This document shows, piece by piece, positions 23,255 through 35,088 of a DNA stretch of 64,000 nt. This DNA is from a virus (lineage: Duplodnaviria > Caudoviricetes), in IMG/VR virus record IMGVR_UViG_3300013830_000002, positions 102,779 to 166,778 of that record. One strand, given 5' to 3'. Position 1 is the stretch's first letter. Every line of letters starts with the position of its first letter. The notes beneath the pieces were generated by a model. That model saw only the letters and a list, made by a program, of their open reading frames with translations. It ran no database searches and was not told the DNA's origin. The position numbers and the translations under genes are program-made.

Positions 23255-25098
23255 ACTCTCTTAGCATAAATTCTAAACTGGCAATATCTAAAATTCAGAG
23301 GAGTTCCAATTGAGCCATATCTACTTTGCCATGATTTATAATTTCCTGACCCGTAAGGGATTCCATCCTCATCGGTTTTAATAGTGCCAAATTGCTTAGC
23401 AACAAAATATTGTCCCCAGAATGAAGCAGGAATCCACTCAAATGTTGGAACTCTTGTATCATCAAACATAACAGCTATTTCGTAGTCTGAACTAGGAGCA
23501 GTGAATGTATCAGTACTATTAGTTGCAATAAAACTTTCTCCTGGTGTAATAGTCCTGTTGGCATAAGTAATAGGCATCGTGCCATTATTGTAATAAGTAG
23601 CACCTTTCTGCAAGCCTTCAGAAGCCTTGATAGTTCGGTATATTACATTACTGCTTCTCACATAGATAGCATCCTCTATATTAACGTCATGCAATAGTGA
23701 CAATGTCCCTGCACCATTATTATCATCAGCAACTGAGTAAGTAGTATCAGCAGAAGTCACATTAATTATAATGCCATTTGTATAATTTACATTCTTATAC
23801 ATTATACTGCCATTCACCTTATATCTTCCAACAGGAAGAGTTTCTCCTGGATTATAAGTACTTTCTATAAACTTCCTTGTGTTGGCAAGTACACCAAAAG
23901 CAGGAAGTTTTGACTCAAACAATCCCCAAATTGCATTTACATAATAACTATTTACATCCAACTTAATGATTTTACTAAGAATCTCTCCTTCAGTAAATGT
24001 AGCATCTTCATTAAGGTAAATTGAGTTATCCTTAATTCCCAAAATACCAGAAATACTATGCTCATCCCAAGTTTGAGGAATACCATCACTGCTTGCAAGA
24101 ATAGGAATATTAATTGAAGGCTGCAAAGCACCATAGTATTGCTGTTTATTATCCTTATCATAATAAAAGGCTTCTGCAGTTAGCTTAAGGGTAAAGTCTC
24201 CATGAGTAGGATTATTGAATGTCTCTTCAGCAGTCTTTGTTCCAAAAACACAACTATTAAATGTGGTTTTTTCACCAGAAGTAATCTGTGCTTGCATAGC
24301 TTGAATAGTGGCAAGCCTTTCTTCTTGAGTTCCTGACATTTCAATTTTTGTACCATCGGATTTATAGAAATTACAATCTGATGTAAAATAACAGTTATTG
24401 AAAGTCATTCTTTCATTAATCCAGAAATCACATTTTGCATAAATATTATAGCTATGACTTGGTCTGCAATTATTCAGACCTCGGTCACTATTATTTATTC
24501 TATCAGCTAATGCTACATTATATACAGTACTATGTTCCATATATCCTCCAAAATAAAGTTTATATGAAGTACTCATATATTTTGGCGTATCGTATATTTC
24601 ATAGTTATTATTATTGTAGCCACCAATGCATCCAATATATACTGGACTGTTTTGGACAAAACAGGAATGACCGGACAAACCGTACACGTTGGCGTCGAAG
24701 TCAACGACAGCATAGTTAGCGCCGTAAGCATTGTCGGCCGAGCCGACCCCAGCCAAATCAGCACGAGTATTTACACTAAAATCACCACTTAAAGGCAGGT
24801 TCTTGATAATCATTTTTGTATGTCTGAATCCATATAGCATATACGTACTTAGCCCATCAAAAACAGCAGCACCATAGTAGTCTCCTTGAATAGTGGCAGC
24901 ATGGTTTCCGTCAGCCATATCTTCGGCAAAATACCCACGGCAAGTTATAGTGCTAGGCTTGCTTGAACTACCTCTCCAAGCACGTCCTAAAGACTGGTAT
25001 GGATTTTGGGCAGTTCCATCACCATTATAATCGTCTCCTATAAAAGAATCTACATACGTTCCACCATTGCTGGTTCTCCAATATAAAGTATTATTCAT
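23251..25098 (-). CDS. DGR target protein (615 aa), probable receptor-binding/tail-tip protein
   Basis: Contains VR at aa ~114-147; N-terminal GDDYNGDGTAQNPYQSL motif; lies in the tail-fibre cluster. Confidence 0.75.
   Translation of the reverse strand: MNNTLYWRTSNGGTYVDSFIGDDYNGDGTAQNPYQSLGRAWRGSSSKPSTITCRGYFAEDMADGNHAATIQGDYYGAAVFDGLSTYMLYGFRHTKMIIKNLPLSGDFSVNTRADLAGVGSADNAYGANYAVVDFDANVYGLSGHSCFVQNSPVYIGCIGGYNNNNYEIYDTPKYMSTSYKLYFGGYMEHSTVYNVALADRINNSDRGLNNCRPSHSYNIYAKCDFWINERMTFNNCYFTSDCNFYKSDGTKIEMSGTQEERLATIQAMQAQITSGEKTTFNSCVFGTKTAEETFNNPTHGDFTLKLTAEAFYYDKDNKQQYYGALQPSINIPILASSDGIPQTWDEHSISGILGIKDNSIYLNEDATFTEGEILSKIIKLDVNSYYVNAIWGLFESKLPAFGVLANTRKFIESTYNPGETLPVGRYKVNGSIMYKNVNYTNGIIINVTSADTTYSVADDNNGAGTLSLLHDVNIEDAIYVRSSNVIYRTIKASEGLQKGATYYNNGTMPITYANRTITPGESFIATNSTDTFTAPSSDYEIAVMFDDTRVPTFEWIPASFWGQYFVAKQFGTIKTDEDGIPYGSGNYKSWQSRYGSIGTPLNFRYCQFRIYAKRV
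24658..24758 (-). repeat. DGR variable region (VR)
   Basis: Colinear with TR; followed by two hairpins at 24631..24664. Confidence 0.95.
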
Positions 25099-25108
25099 AA
25101 ATCATTAT

Positions 25109-25360
25109 TTATTTTTGTGAAATAGTAACAATATCCTTATCCTTAGCCCACGTTTTATTTCTGTAGACTCTTTCAACCATTACTGTAAATGTATCTTCAT
25201 CTATAGTCCATTTTGATGGGCGGCCTAGTGAATCTTTTTCAGGAGTCACTTTGTTCATTTTATCATTGTAGATTTCTGAGTTGTACCAATCTACTGCATC
25301 ATTTGATTGAACAGTAGACTCAGTATCCCAAAAAACATTTTCCTTAACTTCAATTTTCAT
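25109..25360 (-). CDS. Hypothetical protein (83 aa)
   Basis: Intact ORF in operon. Confidence 0.6.
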   Translation of the reverse strand: MKIEVKENVFWDTESTVQSNDAVDWYNSEIYNDKMNKVTPEKDSLGRPSKWTIDEDTFTVMVERVYRNKTWAKDKDIVTISQK

Positions 25361-25366
25361 AGCTCA

Positions 25367-25933
25367 TTATTTTTTATATACAGTGATAGAGGCAAGACCA
25401 TCTGCTGTCTTTTCAACATCCCAAGTGATGAGTTGTCCTGACTGAACAACTAAATTAGGATTAGCTAGGTCAACCTCTTTCTTGGTATTATTTGCATCTG
25501 TAAAGTATAATTTACTGACATTATATGTTGTCAGCTTATTGATTGTATAAGCTTCTCCAAGAGTATTTACTTCCTGTAAAGTGTTTACTCCATCTTGAAA
25601 ATTAAGAGTATAGGCAGGATTTATAGTAATTGTTACTTCATTGTTTGCAATTGGCTGTTCCTGGCCATTAACGGTAACTTTATTGATTTTAACAGCCGCA
25701 ATCTGGTCATCTACATATTTCTTTCCACTAGTAACTTCATCAGTTATAGTTTGGGAGAGCTCAGAATACTTATCAAGTACTTCTTTGAGAGAGCTGAAAT
25801 ACACTCCGTGAGTCCAGATTTTCTAAGTATCATCTATAAAGACAATACTAGTACTTAAGATATTACCTCCTTGCAAGGCAGTATCAAAATTTGCCTACTT
25901 TTTAAAGTTTATAAGCTTCTTTTTAATTGGCAT
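25367..25933 (-). CDS. Tail-fibre-associated protein (188 aa); TAG=Gln
   Basis: ATG 25933 in frame; SIVFIDDT(Q)KIWTHG motif resembling Bacteroidota phage fibre N-termini. Confidence 0.55.
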
Positions 25934-26014
25934 AAAACATTAAGTTTAATAAAAAGAGTATGAATCTAAAATAAAACTGCATAAGAACGAAAGTTTGCTA
26001 CTATCGTTCTTATG

Positions 26015-26051
26015 CAATAATATCGTTATTTGGAAAATAATCCAAGGTTTT
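26015..26051 (-). promoter_or_regulatory. Putative late promoter (fibre/DGR operon)
   Basis: AAAACCTTGG-N19-TATTATTG; perfect hairpin 25978..26016 just downstream. Confidence 0.7.
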
Positions 26052-26076
26052 TTCAGAAAAATATCTAATTTTTTAA

Positions 26077-29000
26077 TCAGGCATCAGGTTCTGCCCAATC
26101 AAGTTCATCAAGTTTTTCTGCTAAAGCCTGAATTCCAGCAAGTTTTAAACCATTTCCAGTTATAGATAAATAATCTTCTGAATCTGGGTCAAATACTAAT
26201 ACTATTTTTTTGGTATTTGTACCGTCAGCATCCTGTACTGAAACAGCATTACTTCCTGTATATTTGGTAAGAGCTGAATTATCCACTGAAAGACCATTAT
26301 TATCAAGGTTAATTCCACCTCCTGCCTTAACATTCACTTTAGCACTTACTTCTGAAGGATTATCAGTATTTGGAGTGAGTACAAGTGACTTATCCTCTGT
26401 TTTAATAGTCATTGCCTTAGGAATCTTAATAGTTGCTCCAGTAGCAGTACCATTTTTAGTAAGATTGTAAACACTCTTATATTGTTGGTCAGTGCTTTGT
26501 GATTCAGTTAGTGTATAATCAGCAGCTGCCTGTCTTTCCAGCTTAGCTTCTGCTTCCTTAGCACGAGCTATCTCATCAGTAATACTCTTGTCAAGTGCAT
26601 TATCTTTTTCAGTAGCACGAGTAACTTCCGCATCTATTTTTGACTCCAATGCAGAATCTTTCGATTTTCGGTCAGAAGTTTCAGTAACTAAATCTTTACT
26701 CACTGAATCAATAGCAGCTTGTAAGGCATCAACAATTCCTGCCAATGATATATTCTTTGACTAAGTGCCTCCATTTTCAAGATTGAACACAAACTCAAGT
26801 TCCTTTGCATCAGGGTTATATATTGCAGACTTAACAACATCACTTACACCGATGTTAAATTGCTTCACAGTTTTGCCATCTACAATGAAGGACATTAGTC
26901 CTTTCTCATACGTAACATCAAGACTGATTAATGGAATATCAATAGCACTTCCAACAGCAGCTCCATTTTTGGTCAGGATAAATGTAGCTATACATCCATC
27001 ATTAGGAGTAGTCTGTTTTGAGATAGAATACTCAGGATGAACAACATTTTGGATTTTTTGCTCAAGCTCCGTATCTTTTCCAGTAGCTCTTGTAATTTCA
27101 GCATCAACCTTAGCAGTCAGTGTTTGCAGGGTTTTTGCATTTGTTTCTTCAGCAAGTTTTGCCCTATCAATTTCACCTGAAATCTTAGACTCCAATGCAT
27201 TCTCAGCATTGGTAGCTCTACTTTCCTCAGCACTTATAGCTTTTTGTGCTGCTGAAATATCAGCAACTGCAATAGCAAGCTGTTTTGTATTCGCTGTAAT
27301 TAGTGCTTCAAGGTCAGTATCTTTTTGAGAAGCCCTTTGAATTTCAGTATCAAGTTTTTCTCCTTGAGTTTGAATGAGCTTTGCATTTGCCTCTTCAGCT
27401 GCTTTAGCTCTTGAAATCTCACTTGAAATAGCATCAGCGTTCTTTCCTTCTGCAACTTCAGCACGTTTTGTCTCATCACTAATAGCAGTATTCAAAGCAG
27501 TATCAGCATCTTTTCTATCAGATATTTCCTGAGATATTTTATTTGTAAGATTAGTTAGTAAATCACTGTTTGCATTGGATAGTTCTGTATACTTAGTCTG
27601 CAAATCAGCACTAAGCTCATTCAGATACGTCTCAAGTACTTCCCCTGCATGATATAAATTATCTGTTGTACCTTTTACATAAAGAGTATTACCATCTTTT
27701 TCAAGAATATTATGAGCTCTCGTAGAAAGTCTTACATCTGCAGACAAGCTATCTGTTCCAGGTGTTGACTAAACTCGTGTAAGTTCAATTGGAGAAGTAT
27801 CTTTATTAACAGGTTCCCATTCTCTGATTAAAGCACCTACAGGAATAAGAACTGTCTGAGTATCTCCACTATCAAGCTTAAAAATGAACTTCAGTTGCTC
27901 ATTATCCTTATCATAGGAAGCATCCTGAACTATTGAATTAGCACCGATTGAATATTGACGAAGTATCTTACCATTAATCTTAAAAGTAAGGGTTCCCTTA
28001 TCATATTCAAGGTCAGGATTAATATACAATCCATCGTTTTTTCTTTCCAGGCTATTTCCAGCTTCTGAAGAAAGATTCATTACAGCGTCAATAATCTGAC
28101 TGTTTTTTCCTTGAGTAAGCTTAAGCTTGACAATTGGGTCAGACTGTTGAACTTCCAGAGTATTCTGACTTATAAAGTCATGCAACTTTGTATCAAGAAT
28201 ACGAAGTGCATTCATTATAGAAGTTGCATCCTTTAGATAATTAGTACTTGCATCAGCACTGAATGTACCATCAACTGAAAGCCCAACACCTTCTTCTGCA
28301 TTATTTATTTCTTCTAGCAATTGTGCCTGTTTTGCAGCATTTTCAGTCTTGTACTTAATGAGCCAGTCTTCAATTCCCCTTAGTGTTCTGAATTGCTCAG
28401 AAGGAAGAGTGCCTCCTTCAACTTTATTCCAGAGTTTGTCAAGCAATGCCTGAAGAGTATCTGAAGTAGTATAACCCTTTGTAAATTCAACCAGCTTGTA
28501 CAATGTATCAATTATATTAGTAGCTGACCCAGTGTTGTTGATTATCCTGTCAAGCTCTGCTGAAATTGTTTTGACCGTTCCGTAAGGAAGACTCTTAATG
28601 AAGGTAATCACATCGTCATCTGCTGTACCGGCAATAGTCTTGATTTGATTTTTCAAAGAGTCTGTATTAGTCAGTGTTTTTCCTTCTAAATCAGTTAGCT
28701 TTTTCTGAGTTGTTTTCAACTGGGTTATAAGATTCAAAATACTGTTATAATTTACATCAAGAGTATCGGGAGTATCTGTGCCCCAAATCTTTGTATCGGC
28801 TGCTTTTCTGTCAGCTATTTCCTATTCAAGCTTAGCAATAGTGTCCTAAATCTTGGTTTTTATTTCAGTAATATCACTTCCAGAAATAAGTTTAGTAAAT
28901 TCGAGAGAGTTATCACTATTTGCAATTACCCAATATAAAGCCTGGTTCCCATCAGTGTCCTTCTCTACTATTTTAAGAAGTCCTTTATGTAAAGTAGCAG

Positions 29001-29121
29001 CAGGAACTCCTTCAGAGAAAAACTGTTTCAGGGCTTCTTCTGTAGGGAAGATATAGTTAGCTTCAAGTGGGAAGTTTCCCTCTCTCTCGAAACTAGTAAT
29101 AAGTTGTGCATATTTACTCAT
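26077..29121 (-). CDS. Long coiled-coil tail fibre-like protein (1014 aa); TAG=Gln
   Basis: Four track ORFs in one frame; EIxRAxxAE repeats. Confidence 0.7.
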
Positions 29122-30950
29122 TAGGGTTCCTCCGTTTTAGTTTGTTCAAATTCTATATCTATAGTCTGCTGAAGATTTACCAAAGGTTGATTGAATACAT
29201 AAATCTTATAAAGTACTCCAACTTCAGCCTGGTTAGGATACATCGGCTGTACCCATTTTGCAAAGGCTTCTGCTGTAACTTCCTGAGCAGGAGTTTTAAG
29301 TGATTTAAGGTCAGGATAATCATTAGGAACTGCAATAACAATACTTCTCTGTTTGGTGTCTGTAAATTGTATCGATTTACTCACACTACTGATTTCAGGA
29401 CCTTTGTCAGTAATAATATAGTTAGCTTCAGGCTCTTCTTCGGCAAGTTTTCGTAAGCTTTCCATTGTAATATCCTCCTGAGCATTCCACCAGTAAGGAA
29501 CTGCCCCAACAAATATAGGATAAGCAAGTTTTGTCATAGCTGTTTCTGTAATGTCTTGACTTTCAGCATAATGGAATATAACTTTCCATTCAGTATCTTC
29601 AGTAAATTCTCCTGTATCACAATACTCATAATATCCACCATTACCACCTAAGGCATCCTTTGTAAAGTCATCAGGAGTAAGAGAGCCTAGCATGACTCCG
29701 TTTTTGTATATATCAATACCTGTCAGCACTTGTAAGCCATGAGCATAAATTTTAATGCAGACTTTTTCCCCATATTCAGCATATTCAGGGGCAGTAACTC
29801 CTGTTTGTTTTTCATAGAAAATTGCATCCATGATTTGCTGTACTGTAAGACGTTTGGGAAGGGTAGTTCCTTCTTCAACAAATCCCACAGTGGTCTCGAC
29901 TGGTCCGGTTGGAATCCAGTCTGTTTGGTCTGTATTTTCCTTTATAGAAGTTTCTGTCTCTTCCTTTAATTGCTCAATTGCCTGATTAAGCTGCTCAAGA
30001 ATTACAAACTAACTGTTCTGAGTAGCCCTTACTCCAGATTGTGCAGCTGTGAATGGAACGGAGCCATCACTTGGAACATAGTTCTTACGTATCCAATTTT
30101 CAAGGTCATTTACACTTCCATCTTCAGCCACATGCTGAGCAATAGCCTGTTTAATAATATCATTCATCTGGCTCTTGATAATATCAAGAAGCTATGAACG
30201 TGAATATGTCTGTGCTTTTGTATATGTTTCAGACTTTGTATAATAATTAGACAAAAACCTTCTTAGTGTCTTGATAAAATCATGAGGGTCTGCTTCACTT
30301 TTATGATTCTGCATAACAAGTAAAACATACCTCATAGTAGCAAGATGACTTGGCAATGACGGGTCAACTCCTAATTGAGGATTGGTGAATCCCGTGCTAC
30401 CATCACGTTTTACAAATTTTTCAAGAAGCTTGTCAACTTCTTTTTTACTATATAGATTCTGTGAGGTATAGGTTTCAGACAACTTCACATAATCTGTCAG
30501 CAATACCTTCACTGCATCAAGTGCCTTGTGAGGGTCATTTGCATTAAGGTGCTTGGTAAGTAAGTTGTCCACATAAGCCTTGTTTGCTAAATGAGAAGGG
30601 TCAGTAGGAAGTGCTGCTTGAGTTTGTGGATTAGTAAATGGCACTGAACCATCACTTTTCACATATCCAGCATCTGCTATTTGCTGACTAAGCTCTGCTA
30701 TTGCTCTGGGCAACTCATCAGAAGTTACATAATTTTGCAAAGCAGCATGAATCTTCTCATTCATCATTAACTAAGCTTCATCCTGAGTGTAAACGGCACT
30801 TTGGGCATATACACCAAGATTGGCTCTGGCAACCGACTTTTCGTCTTCAGTTTCAAACTCACTTAAATAATTTTCCTTAACAAGATAATTTTTTGTATCT
30901 GCTTGCTCCTGTGCAGGAACAGCAGACGGGGTTAATACTGTTTCTCCCAT
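29121..30950 (-). CDS. Structural protein (609 aa); TAG=Gln
   Basis: Joins 30192..30767 and 29121..29888; repeated DGSxxFT..P..HLA..YV..H...DPH units. Confidence 0.65.
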
Positions 30951-31192
30951 AAGTTATTTAAGTAATATTGTAAAGCATACAAGCTAAATTTTTCATCAAT
31001 TTGATTTTGACTTAGCATGTCGATTAACTATATCTCTGATTGTATAAATTGTGTGTCTGGCCTATATCCTCTCTCAAGTTGGTGAATAAGGGTCTCAGTC
31101 TCACACAGAACTTTTTCCTTGAGCATATCAGAAAGCTCATCTGTACTATGAGAAATAACTTCCTGCAGCTTTAATTGATTAGAACAATTCAT
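30932..31192 (-). CDS. Hypothetical protein (86 aa); TAG=Gln
   Basis: ATG overlaps the upstream TAA; open with one TAG. Confidence 0.5.
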
Positions 31193-31950
31193 TAGCAATT
31201 ACATCCGTGATGGCAACCACATCCACCAGTTTTATTATAGAGAATCTAATCTGGAGTCATATTTTCAAGGCCTTTTATATCCTGAAAATAATTTGTCTTT
31301 TCTATAACACGTTCTGCCTCTGCAAGTTGTGCATGTCTGACATTATGCTTAATAAGATTCACAATAGCCAGTAATCTGTTAGCTGCACAAGCATCTGTAT
31401 GGCAACCACTGTTATAGATTCTGTTCTTGAAAAGCTCTATCCAAGCTTTATTCAAAGTATCTGTTAAATTTCCAATATAAACATAATCACTATCCTATCT
31501 GGAAATAGTAGTATTTTCCAACTATTCAGCAAGAAGCTCATTAATATCTGAGTTAAGTATTCTTCCATTTACTACCTTATAAATCTTATCTCCGTCAGTA
31601 CAATAAACCACTCTATATACATTAATAATAGAACCTTGCTTTGACAGCTCTTTATGAGCCCATGATAATGTTGGAATTACTATATGAATGGCAGTAAACC
31701 ATCCATCTCTTGTAAGCCTAACTTCTACAGGAAGGATACTTTTATCTCTCATAGTAATAACACTTGAGGTATAAGTATCTTTTTCTACAGAATTAAGTTT
31801 AAATATATCTATGGAAGCAGTATCTGAAACAGCAAATCTGTTTTTTGCAGTAAGAGCAGAACCTTCTGCCAGATACTGATTTCCATCAGTTATTTCTGTC
31901 ACAATAATATTGTGAAGAGTATCCTCAGTTAAACAAATATCCAGTTTCAT
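31192..31950 (-). CDS. Putative structural protein with Cys-rich C-terminus; TAG=Gln
   Basis: Joins 31522..31965 and 31246..31455; ends GGCGCHHGCNC; resembles the neighbouring gene (DGW..I..IP, GCG tail). Confidence 0.55.
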
Positions 31951-32600
31951 TTTCCACATCCACAATCATAAGTTTTCATGAATATCTCGTTATGGCAAAT
32001 GCCATTACATCCAGAAATTCTTTCAAGGAATTTTTGTGCATCCTCAAATCTTCCAAAATGCACATAATATTGTAGTGCATTTAAGAAAATCCAAATAAGA
32101 TTTCTGTTTCTTGAAAGCTCATTATCACAACTTTCAGGACATTTACTATCTTTTGTGCACTCTCCTTCAAGAAGTTTCTTGCAATAATTAAGATAGCATT
32201 GCCACATGTTATATATGACAAATACGTCTTTTGTAGAATGAAAAGACACATTATCAATATCAGCAATTAAATCTTCTATAGAAATTTCTTTATCAGTGCT
32301 ATTGAAAATACCAGAATTAAAGTAGTAATTACCAGTATTTTTTACAGGAAGTATGATATTGTAAATTCTGTACCAACCATCATCAGTAACTGTAAAGGTA
32401 TTAACAACACCAAAACCAGTACTATGATTATTCAAGAAAGCTTTCTCAATTGTAACTGCAGATACTGTGTGTTTTTCAAAGACAGTAATAGTCACAGACT
32501 CATTCCATTTCACAGTGTGTTCACCATACCAATTCTGTGACCATGCAAGCTCTGTAACTCTTAAATCCCCATTAAGCAATTCATTTACTTGTATTTCCAT
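31947..32600 (-). CDS. Putative structural protein ending DCGCGK
   Basis: Intact ORF directly after portal. Confidence 0.6.
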   Translation of the reverse strand: MEIQVNELLNGDLRVTELAWSQNWYGEHTVKWNESVTITVFEKHTVSAVTIEKAFLNNHSTGFGVVNTFTVTDDGWYRIYNIILPVKNTGNYYFNSGIFNSTDKEISIEDLIADIDNVSFHSTKDVFVIYNMWQCYLNYCKKLLEGECTKDSKCPESCDNELSRNRNLIWIFLNALQYYVHFGRFEDAQKFLERISGCNGICHNEIFMKTYDCGCGK

Positions 32601-34807
32601 CATTCACTCATTGGACTAGTTAAACCTGTGCCTCGGACTGGGTCATCATAAGGATTACCATCACGAAGCTGTAGAATCTGTACTTCTGTTCTTTTTCTTG
32701 CAAGGTCAATCTGGTCTTGTTTATATTTCTGGTCAGCTTGTGCTTTAAACCAGTCTACTTTGTATTGGAGCTGCATCTTTTCTTGCTCAAGCCGCATTTT
32801 TTGTTCATCAAGTTTTTTAAGCTGTGAACTTACTTCTTTAAGCTGCTGCTATAGTTGCTGATTTTGTTGACCTGCCTATTCAAGCTGTTCCTGCAATTTC
32901 TTGACAACATCATTTTTCTCCTCCTGCTTGCGTAAGGCTTTTTGAACTTTATACTTCATTTCGGAAAGGCTCTTTGCAGTAATAATCTCAAATAGGATTT
33001 CAGGTTGTAATTGTCCTGACTTGATGAACTCAGGAATAACTTGCCATATCTGTTGCATATCCTGAAGAATCTGTGTGGTACTTGTAACGTGAATATCGTA
33101 ATCAGTAAATGTAAAGTCTTCTGGAAGTGCAGTAAAAATTTTCTACTGATTTTCTCCAAGAATGAGAATACCAGTAATTCCATTTTTCCAAGTTCTTTTA
33201 GCCTGATTAAGACAATCAGTAAGAATTTCACAAGTCAGCAAGTCCATTTGCTGATAATATTGCTTGGTAATGATAAATGAATTTGTTACTCCTTGTTTTA
33301 TATTTGTAACAGCATCCCTTTGCTCAATTCCGTTAAGCCTTTCCCTGAAGACTCCTGTAATTGATGAAAGTGTCTGTTCGACAGCATCAATAGCCATTTG
33401 AATGGCAGCAACAGCCTATTGTTTGACTGTATTATCAAAACCATTAAAGATAGTATTAAGTGGAGCTTGTCCTGTTTCATTTCTTCCTTCCATAGTAGTA
33501 TCAATAAGACCTACTCCTGCTTTCTTGTAAGCAATCCACTTTTGAATTCTTTCTGGAAAATTAACTCCAAGAGTAGAAGGAATTAGTGACAAGTCAATCC
33601 AGTCACCGACATTGCCAGAACTTGCAATAAGATTATCCCTGTAATAGTTAAGTAAATCATATTTATCCTGTAGCCCCATACAAGCCAGCATCAATGAGAA
33701 TGGTTCATTACTTCTGTTCAAGAAGAATACTCCGTTTACTGATAAGCAAGTATAATTAGGATTGTCCTTAGTTCTGTAAGAATGCTCATCCTTTCCTCTG
33801 AGTATATACATATCAGCACCTATCCTGACTGTAGAATATCTCCACATTTTAAAGTTTCTGTCAACTTCAATCCACTCTGTTTCAAAAACAGGAATTAACT
33901 TTGTTTTCAATGAGTTATAGAAATTGTCAGGATGCCCAGGAAGTCTGTCATCAATTGCCTGATTTAAGTCTTCATTAGCAGGAAAAGTATTTCCCATAGT
34001 GGATACATACTAACCTATATCATAGGGACGAGTCCATTCATCGTTTAATTTTTGCCTGTCCTCTGCTGATAATTCAGGGCCAAACAGACTAAGTACCTGA
34101 CTTTTAGTCATCCACTTCCTTACAACAGCCCTATAAGAATCCTTTACATAGATACTTTCAGGGTTTCTGTCTACAAAAGTATTAAGTGGGTCAAGCACTT
34201 CAATTTGAATATTTGTTTTGCTTGGAGATTCCTTTACCCTGAAATAAGGAGTTCCTGTAATCAGTAAGTCAAGAAGAAGCTGTTTTTCCTTGGTTATCAT
34301 ATCAGTTTGTCTTGACTGCATAACATACTGGATAACATTCTGTGCAGCCACTTCATATTTTGAAATAAAGGACTGGTTAACATTATCTATGATTTTATCA
34401 AGCTGTTCCTTAATAGATTTATCAGTAATGTCCTTGCCATTAATAAAACTTAACAAAGAGTTAGACAGATGGCTTTTCAAAAACTTTACCATTTCATTGT
34501 CAATGGTAAGTTGCTTTTCACGGGTAATATTACTAATTGTTTCAGTATCTTTACAGCTGACTTTTGGAATAATTGGTGTACCAAGGAACTCACCAATCAG
34601 TGCATCAATATGCTTTTTAACCAATGGAGTAAATGATACTGAAGTAGGGTTTCCTATGCCAAAGTTTTTCTCAAGATATTCAAATTGCTTTTTATCTCTT
34701 TTTCCAGCATAATAATTGTATGCTTTTTGCAGCTTATATTTGTTATGGACAAGCTCAGCAATACACTCATCTGTCTTATCCATCATTTCTTCTTTTGTCA
34801 TGGCCAA
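32600..34807 (-). CDS. Portal protein (~735 aa); TAG=Gln
   Basis: Five track ORFs in one frame; AYNYYAG..PLVKKHIDALIGE; TGVFRERL..IEQRDAV; follows terL. Confidence 0.85.
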
Positions 34808-35088
34808 TAAAGCTTGTTTTTAGGATGGTCAAGAACAGTATTTCTGGAAGCTTGTCCATAATAGGCTTTCAGAAATTTTGCATTCTTGAGTTCTTTTCTA
34901 ATAAATTCTATAAATTTATCATCAGGAAGCTCAGCAGAGTACCAATCAGGCTCATATTGATGAGTCTCAAAACCAACTTGATAGCCTTGACCTGGAAGGT
35001 CTTTTACATAGATTGGTTTAGTGTACTCTTTATGAGTAATATCCTTGATAATATCTCGTATCTGAAGTATCAACTCTGTATGGGTCAT
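34798..35088 (-). CDS. Hypothetical protein between terL and portal
   Basis: ORF in operon; start uncertain. Confidence 0.5.
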   Translation of the reverse strand: MTHTELILQIRDIIKDITHKEYTKPIYVKDLPGQGYQVGFETHQYEPDWYSAELPDDKFIEFIRKELKNAKFLKAYYGQASRNTVLDHPKNKLYWP

